From assembly GCF_009914755.1 (NCBI RefSeq), contig NC_060945.1: DNA of 64,000 bases; one strand, written 5' to 3'. The position numbers and the translations under genes are program-made. This document shows positions 54,801 through 64,000 of this stretch, piece by piece; position 1 is the first letter of the stretch; the number at the start of each line of letters is the position of its first letter. The notes beneath the pieces were generated by a model, which was not told where the DNA came from, ran no database searches, and worked only from the letters and a program-made list of their open reading frames with translations. The DNA is from the human T2T-CHM13v2.0 reference genome, Homo sapiens.

Positions 54801-57800
54801 CTCCCCTCCATTCCACTCCACTCCACTCGATTCCACTCCACTAAATTCCACTCCATTCCATTGCATTCCACTCCAATCCTTTCCACTCCACTCCATTCCA
54901 TTCCATTAAATTCCACTCCACCCAATGCCATTCCACTCCATTCCACTCCCCTCCATTGCATTCCACTCCACTCCTTTCCACTCTACTCCATTCCATACCA
55001 CTCCACCCCACTCAATTCCATTTTACTCCACTTAATTCAACCCCACTCCACTCCATTCCACTCCACTGCATTATACTCCACTCCACTCCATTCCACTCCT
55101 CTCCCTTCCATTCCATTCCATTCTACTCCATTCCATTCCAATCCACTAAACTGCTTTCTAATCCACTCCATTCAACTCCATTCTGCTTCATGCCACTACG
55201 TTCCATTCCACTCCACTGCACTCCACTCCATTCCATTCCATTTCATTCCATTCCTTTCCATTCCAGTTCATTTCATTCCATTCCATTCCATTCATTATAT
55301 TCCATTCCATTCCAATCCATTCCATTCCACAGCACTTCATACCATTCCATTTCTCTCCAATCTATTTCATTCCATTGCATTCGATTCCATTCTATTCAAC
55401 TCCATTCCACTCCTCTGAACTTCACTTCATTCCATACTGCACCACTCCACTCCACTCAATTCCAGTCCACTCCATTCCTTTCCATTCCATTCCAGTCCAC
55501 TCCACTCCTTTCCACTCCATTCTTTTCCATTCCATTCCACTCCATTCCATTCCAATCCATTCCATTCCAGTCCACTCCACTCCTTTCCACTCCATTCTTT
55601 TCCATTCCATTCCACTCCATTGCATTCCACTCAATTCCACTCCATTCCTCTCCTTTCCATTAGACTCCACTCAATTCCACACCACTGCATTCCACTCCAT
55701 TCCATTCCATTATAATGCTTTCCACTTCATTCCATTTTCACTCCACTCCAATCCATTCGACTCCACTCTTGTCCACTCCATCCTACTCTATGCCACACCA
55801 CTCCCCTCGATTCCATTCCACTCCACTCTACTCTTCTCAGCTACACTCCATTGCACCTCAATACTCCCCACTCCACTCCACTCTACTAAAGTGAATTTAT
55901 TTCCGTTCCAGTCCACTCCATTCCATTTCTGACCATTCCACTCAAATCCATTTCATTCCACTCCATTCCATTCCACTCCATTTCATTCAACCTCACTCCA
56001 TTCAATTCGACCCCAACCCACTCAATTCCAATCCATTCCACTCCACTTCATTACATTTCTCTCCATTCCACTCCACTCCACTCTATTCAAAATCTCTCCA
56101 TTCCATTACACTCCATTCCAATCAACTCCGTTCTATTCCACTCCATTCCAATCCGTTCCACTCCATTTCATTCCATTCCATTCCACTCCACTCCCTTCTA
56201 CTCCACTGCACTCCATTCCACTCCACTACATTCTATTCTGCTCCATTCCAGTCAACTCCACTCCATTCCATTACACTCTACTCCATTCCATTCCTTTCCT
56301 TTCCATTCCATTTTATTCTTTTCCCCTCCATTCTATTCCATTCCATTCCATTCCATTCCATTCCATTCCATTCCACACCACTTCACTCCACTACACTGCA
56401 TTCCAGGCCACTACACTCTATTCCACTCCATTCCACTCCATTCCACTCCATTCCATTCCATTCCTCTCCATTCCACTCCACTCCACACAAATCCACTCCA
56501 TCCCACTCCATTCCATTCCAATCCATTCCATTCCCTTCTTCTCCACTCCAATTCATTCCTATCCATTTCACTTCACTTCATTCCACTCTACTGCAATGGA
56601 CTCCATTCCACTCCATTCTATTCCATTCCACTCCATTCTATTCCACCACACACCATTCCATTCCACTCCACTCCATTCAAATCCAAAGCACTCCACTCCA
56701 TTCCATTCCACTCCATTCCTCTCAACTACCCTCCACTCCACTGCAGTTCACTGCATTCGACTCCACTCCATTCCACTCCATTCCACTCCACTCCATTCCA
56801 CTCCACTCCGCTCCATTGTACTCTACTCCATTCCATTCTATTCCACTCCATTTCATTCCATTCCACTCCACTCCATTCCTCTCAAATCCACACCATTCCA
56901 CTCCACTCCATTCCTCTCCACTCCATTCCTCTCCACTCCAATTCTGCCCCAGTCTATTCCATTCTGTTCCACTTCAGTACATTCCATTCAACTCCATTCG
57001 GCTCCACACTGCTACACTCTAATCCACTCGCTCCATTCCATTCCATTCCATTCCATTCCATTCCATTCCATTCCATTCCATTCCGCTCCATTCCGCTCCA
57101 TTCCATTGCATTCCATTCCTTTCCACTCCATTCCATTCCATTCCATTCCATTCCTTTCCATTCCACTCCATTTCATTCCATATCAGTCCGTTCCACTGCA
57201 TTCCACTCCTTTTCTTTCCACTCTTCTCCACTCGATTCCATTCCATTCCATTTCATTACATTACATTCCACTCCACTCCACTCCATTCCATTCCAATCCA
57301 CTCCACTCCATTACTCTCCATTCCGCTCCTTTCCATTCCATTCCTTTCCATTCCACTCAAATTCATTGCATTCCAATCCACTCCATTCGACTACACTCCA
57401 TTCCTTTCCAATCCATTCCATTCCACTCCACCCCATTGCACTCCACTCCATTCCCTTCCGTTCCATTCCATTCCTTTCCATTCCATTCCATTCAACTCCA
57501 CACCACTCCATTCTACTCTACTCCATTCCATTCCAATCCATTCCACTCAGTTCCATTCCAGTCCACTCCTTTCCATTCCACTCAATTCAATTCCACTCCA
57601 CTCCATTCCATTCCACTCCACTCCTTTTCATTCCATTCCATTCCATTCCACTCCTCACCAATCCATTCCATTCCATTCCATTCCTTTCCTTTCCATTCCA
57701 TTCCAGTCAACTCCACTCCATTCCATTCCATTCCACTCAAATCCATTCTACTCCACTCCATTCCATTCCACTCCATTCCATTCCATTCCATTCCACTCCA

Positions 57801-60800
57801 CTCCATTCCACTCCAGTCCATTCCATTCCACTCCACTTCTCTACAATCTACTCCTTTCCATTCCATTCCATGCCTTTCCATTCCACTTCATTCCATTCCA
57901 TTCCATACCTTTCCACACCAATCCATTCCCCACCACTCCATTCCTTTCCTGTCTACGCATTTCAATTCCACTCCATTCCATTCCACACTACTCCATTCCA
58001 TTCTACTCAATTGCAGTCCAATCCACTCCATTCCATCCAACTGCACTCCATTCCACTACACTACACTCCATTCCATTGCACTCCACTTTATTACACTCCA
58101 CTCCATTCTATTTCATTGCACTCCATTCTATTCCCCTCACTCCATTTTATTCCACTCATTTAGACTTCACTCCGTTTCATTCCACAGCATTCAATTCTGT
58201 TCCACTCCATTCCACTCCTTTCCATTCCACTACATCCCCCTCCATTGCATTGCATTCTGCACCATTCCATTCCGCTCTACAACATTCCACTCCACTCCAC
58301 TCCATTCCATTCCACTCCACTCCACTCTACTTGACTCCACTGAAATTGATTATATTCCATTCCGTGCTAGTACATTCCATTCCATTCAACTCTATCCATT
58401 CCACTCCACTCCATTCCATTCCACTAAACTCCATTCCACTGCACTCCATTCCATTCCATTCAACTTCATTCCATTCCACTCCAATCCATTCCATTAAACT
58501 CCACTCCATTCCCCTCCATTAAACTTCATTCCTATACATTCCATTCCTTTACATTCCATTTCATTCCACGCCACTCCTTTCCATTCCACTCCATTCCATT
58601 CAACTCCATTCCTCTCCACTCCTCTCCTTTTCCCTCCATGCAATTCCATTCCTCTACTCCATTCCATTCCACTCCGCTCCACTCCACTCCACTCCATTCC
58701 ATTCCATTCCATTAAATTCCATTCGATTCCACTCCATTTCATTCCATTCAATTCCATGCCACTCCACTTCATTCCTCTCCATTCTGTTCCATTCCACTCT
58801 ACTCCACTCCATTCCATTACATTACATTCACCTCCCTTCCATTCCATTGCATTCCACTAAACTCCATTCCATTGCATTCCACTCTACTCCACTCCATTTC
58901 ATTTCATTCCACTAAATTCCATTCCATTCTACTCCTTTCCACTCCACTCCACCCCATTCCATTCCACTCTACTCCACTCCACTCCATTCTACTCCATTCC
59001 ACTCCATTCCATTCCTTTCCACTCCATTCCGTTCCTTTCCACTCTATTACATTCCACTCCTTTCCATTCCACTCCACTTTATTCAATTCCACTCCACTCC
59101 ACTTCATTCCATTCCATCACACTCCATTTCACTCTACTCCAATGCAATCCACACCATTCCTCTCCACTCTGTTTTATTCCTCTCCATTCCACTCCACTCC
59201 AATCTACTCCACTCCACTCCAACCCAATCCATTCCACTCCACTCCATTCCGTTCCATTCCTTTCCATTCCATTCCATTCCAGTAAATTGCAGTGCATTTC
59301 ATTCCATTCCATTCCTATAAATTGCAGTGCATTTTATTCATTCCATCCCATTCCATTCCATCCCATTGAATCCCAATCCACTCTACTCCACTCTACTACA
59401 CTCCATTTAATGCTGCTGAATTCCATTCGACTCCATTCCACTCCATTCCTTTCCACTCCACTCCATTCCACTGCACTCCACTCCATTCCACTCCTCTCCA
59501 TTCCACTCCACCTCGTTCCACTCCACTCCAATTTATGCCACTCCAATTCTTTCCATTCCACTCCACTTTGTTCCACTCCATTCCACTCTATTCCACTCAA
59601 TTCAATTCAAATCCACTCCATTCCATTAGAATCCATTCCACTCCACTCCATTCCATTTCACACTATTTCACTCCATTTCACTCCATTCCACTCCATTCCA
59701 TTCCATTCTACTCCATTCCACTCCAATCAACTCCAGTCCACTCCACTCATATCAATTCTGTTAAACTCCATTCCATTCCATTCCACTCCTCTCCGTTCTA
59801 TTCCACTCCACTGCATTCCTTTCCACTCCATTCCTCTCCACTCCATTCCCCTCCATTCCATTCCATTCCACTCTACTCCACTCCAATCCACTTCACTCCA
59901 TTCCACTCGCCTTCATTCCTTTTCATTCCATTCCATTCCATTCCTGTCCATTCTTCTCCATTCCATTCCAATGCACTCCATTCCACTCCATTAAATTCCA
60001 CTCCACTCAAACTCACTCCACTCCACTCCACTCCATTCGATTCTATAGCATTCCATTGCATTTCACTCCATTCCATTCCACTCTACTCCATTCATTTCCA
60101 ATCCACTCCACTCCATTCCACTCCATTCAAATCCATTCCATTCAATTTCACCACATTCCATTCCCTTCCACTCCATTTCACTCCACTCCTGTATACTCCA
60201 TTCTACACCACTCCACTCCATTCCCCTCCATTCCACTCTACTATTCACCACTCCATTCCATTCCACTCCCCACTTTACACTCCAATGCTCTCCATTCCAC
60301 TCCATTAAATTCCACTCCACTCCACCTCACTCCACTCCACTCCATTCCACTCCTTTCCTTTCCACTCCACTCCACACCACTCCACTCCACTTCAATCCAC
60401 TCCATTCCATTCCATTCCCCTCCATTGAATTCCTTACCATTGTATTCCACCGCATTCCATTCCACTCCTCTGTATGCCACTGCACTCCATTCCATTCCAT
60501 TCCACTCTAATCCACTCCACTCCGTTCCACTCTGATCCACTCCGTTCCACTGGACTACATTTTATTCCAGTCCAATCCATTCCACTCAATTCCATTCAAC
60601 TCCAATCCATGCCACTCCAATCCACTCCATTCCACTACAGTCCATTCCATTCCTCTAAAATCCTTTCCATTCCATTCCACTCCATTCCACTCCATTCCAC
60701 TCCATTCCAGTCCACTCCAGTCCATTCCATTCCACTCCACTCCAATCCATTCCATTCCACTCCACTCAAATCCACTCCATTCCATTCCACTGTAATCCAT

Positions 60801-62157
60801 TCCGTTCCACTCCATTCCACTCCACTCCACTCCATTCCACTTCACTCCTTTCAATTCCACTCTACTACATTCCATTCCATTCCACTCCCCTCCTCTCCTC
60901 TCCAATTCAATCCATTCCACTCCATTTCTTTCCACTTAACTCCAGTCCACTCTATTCCACTCCTCTCTGTTCCATTCCATCCCACTCCTCTCCATTCCGC
61001 TCCATGACATTGCAATCCATTCTACACCATTCCATTCCATTGCACTCCACTCCACTGAACTCCACTACATTCCATTAAAATCCATTCTATTCCATTGCAT
61101 TCCACTCCATTTCATTCCATTCAATTCCAATCCACTCCACGCAATTAAACTCCATGCCATTCCATTCCACTCCACTCCACTCCATTCCATTCCATTCCAT
61201 TGCATTTCTCTCCATTACATTCCATTGCATTTCACTGCACTGCATTCCACTGGATTGTACTCCACTCCACTCAAATCCATTCCTCTCCAATCCACTCCAT
61301 TTCATTTCACTCCATTCCATTTCTCTGCATTCCTTTCCATTCCATTCCACTCCATTACATTCCATTCCATTCCTCTCCATTCCATTCCATTCCACTCCAC
61401 TCCTATCCATTCCACTCCAATCCACTCCCCTCCATTCCATTCCACTCCACGCCACTCTATTCCACTTCCGTCCATTCCATTCCACTCCACTCCATTCCAT
61501 TCCACCCCTCTCAAGTCCTCTCCTCTCTGTTCCATTACAAAGCATTCCTCTCCTCTCCTTTCTAGTCCACTCCATTTCACTGCACTCCACTCCATTCCAT
61601 TCCACTCCATTGCATTCCTCTCCACTCCTCTCCATTCCAATCCATGTCATGCCATTTCTCTCCACTCCATTCCATTCCACTCCACTCCACTTCACTGCAC
61701 TCACTTCCATTCCATTCCATTCCATTCCATTCCAGTCCATTCCATTGCATTCAATTCCACTCCAATGCACTCCAATCCAATCCATTTCATTTCACTCCAT
61801 TCCATTCCTCTGCAATCCTTTCCACTCCATTCTACCCCTCTCCATTCCATTCCTCTCCACTCGTCTCCATTCCATTCCACTTCATTCCATTCCGTTCCTG
61901 TCCAGTCCATTTTATTCCATTCCACTGTATTCCATTCCACTCCATTCCAGTCAATTACCCTCCATTGCATTCGACCCCATTCCATTCCAATCCACTCCAC
62001 TCCATTCCAATCTACTCCTCTCCAATCCATTCCACTCTCTCCATTCCCCTAAACTCTATTCCATTCCACTTCGTTTCATTCCATTCCATTCCATTCCATT
62101 CTATTCCACTCCACTTCATTCCATTCCACTGCCCTCCATTCCATTCCACTCCATTCC

Positions 62158-64000
62158 TTTAATTTCCATTCCTTTCCATTCCATTCCACTCCACTCCATT
62201 CCATTCCGCTCTACTCCATTTCACTATATTCCATTGCATTCCACTCCACACCACTCCATTCCATTCCACTCGTCTCCATGTCATTCCATTCCATTCCATT
62301 TCATTCCATTCCATTCCACTCCATTCGATTCCATTCCACTCCAGTCCATTTATTCCACTCCACAGCACTGCATTCCACTCCATTCCACTCCATTCCACTA
62401 CATTCTCTTCTCCGCAATTCCATTCCATTCCATTCCAATCCACTCCACTCCATTCCACTCCAAAACCTTCTACTCCACACCACACCACTCTACTCCATTC
62501 CACTCCATTCCATTCCACTCCGCTGCATTCCATTCCACTCCCCTCTATTCCAAACACTCCATTCCACTCCAATCCACTTCCTTCCACTTCACTCAACTCA
62601 ATTTCACTCCACTCCATTCCATTCTACTCCACTGCATTCCACTCCTCTCCACTGCACTCCTTCCATTCCACTCCAATCCATTTCACTCCTCTCATTTCCA
62701 TTTTACTCTACTCCATTCCACTACCCTGCATTCCATTCCATTCCATTCCATTCCATTCCATTCCATTCCATTCCACTCCACTCCATTCCATTCCACTCCA
62801 CTCCATTCCATTCCAATCCACTCCATTCAACTCCATTTCACTCCATTAAATTCCACTCCACTCCATTCCAATCCACTCCATTCAACTCCATTTCACTCCA
62901 TTCAATTCCACTCCACTCCATTCCAATCTACTGTTTCCATTTCATTCTATGCAATTCCATTCCAATCCATTCCAATTCATTCCATTCCATTCAATTGCTT
63001 TCCACTCCAATCCATTCTACACCACTCCATTCCTTTCCAGTCCACTCCTTTCCACTCTACTCCATTCCACTCCACACTACTAAATTCCACTATACTCCAT
63101 TCAATTCCACTTCGTCTCATTCCGTTCCATTCCATTCCATTCCATTCCATTCCATTCTATTCCACTCCACTTCTTTCCATTCCACTGTCCTCCATTCCAT
63201 TCCACTCCATTCGTTTAATTTCCATTCCTTTCCATTCCATTCCATTCCATTCCACTCCACTCCATTCCATTCCGCTCTACTCCATTCCACTATATTCCAT
63301 TGCATTCCACTCCACACCACTCCATTCCACTCCACTCGTCTCCATGTCATTCCATTCCATTTTATTCCATTCCATTCCACTCCATTCCATTCCATTCCAC
63401 TCCAGTCCATTTATTCCACTCCACTGCACTGCATTCCACTCCATTCCACTACATTCTCTTCCCCTCAATTCCATTCCATTCCATTCCATTCCAATCCACT
63501 ACACTCCATTCCACTCCAAAACCTTCTACTCCACACCACACCACTCTACTCCATTCCACTCCATTTCATTCCACTACGCTGCATTCCATTCCACTCTGCT
63601 GCATTCCATTCCACTCCCTTCTGTTCCAAACCCTCCATTCCACTCCAATCCACTTCCTTCCACTTCACTCCACTCAATTTCACTCCACTCCATTCCATTC
63701 TACTCCACTCCATTCCACTCCTCTCCACTGCACTCCTTCCATTCCACTCCAATCCATTTCACTCCTCTCCTTTCCATTTTAATCTACTCCATTCCACTAC
63801 CTTCCATTCCATTCCATTCCACTCCACTCCATTCCATTCCAATCCACTCCATTCAACTCTATTTCACTCCATTCAATTCCACTCCACTCCATTCTAATCC
63901 ACTGTTTCCATTTTATTCTAATCCATTCCAATTCATTCCATTCCATTCAATTCCTTTCCACTCCAATCCATTCTACACCACTCCATTCCTTTCCAGCCCA
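62158..64000 (+). repeat. ~1.06-kb diverged tandem duplication (second copy runs off the window end)
   Basis: Collinear rare markers: TTTAATTTCC (62158/63214), CGTCTCCATGTC (62271/63337), CAAAACCTTCTACTCCACACCACACC (62461/63517). Confidence 0.88.

Overview
Hominid (human or great-ape) non-coding DNA at a transition into heterochromatic satellite. The SVA element restricts the source to hominids. Bases 1-4030 are an AT-rich flank containing a complete + strand SVA retrotransposon (841-2392). Its target-site duplication also encloses a 106-bp 5'-transduced antisense HERV-H protease-region fragment. The flank also holds an old L1M 3'-UTR fragment and a - strand L1PA ORF2 (RT) fragment that is cut off directly by satellite. 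From ~4031 to the window end is a diverged HSat3-like (CATTC/CACTC)n pentamer array. Its first ~7.4 kb is a composite satellite with 17 co-oriented ~60-bp AluJ-like 3'-end fragments, arranged as two sequential variant blocks. Deeper in the array are a 259-bp inverted copy of a nearby segment ending in an 18-bp palindrome, a chain of small fold-back insertions, and tandem or relic duplications at scales from 30 bp to ~5.7 kb. I can support no real protein-coding gene, RNA gene or CRISPR array; the many long ORFs are satellite translation artefacts. I found no new gene-based system. The interesting signals concern how this satellite originated and rearranged. All alignments were done by eye, and family assignments are from remembered consensus sequences.
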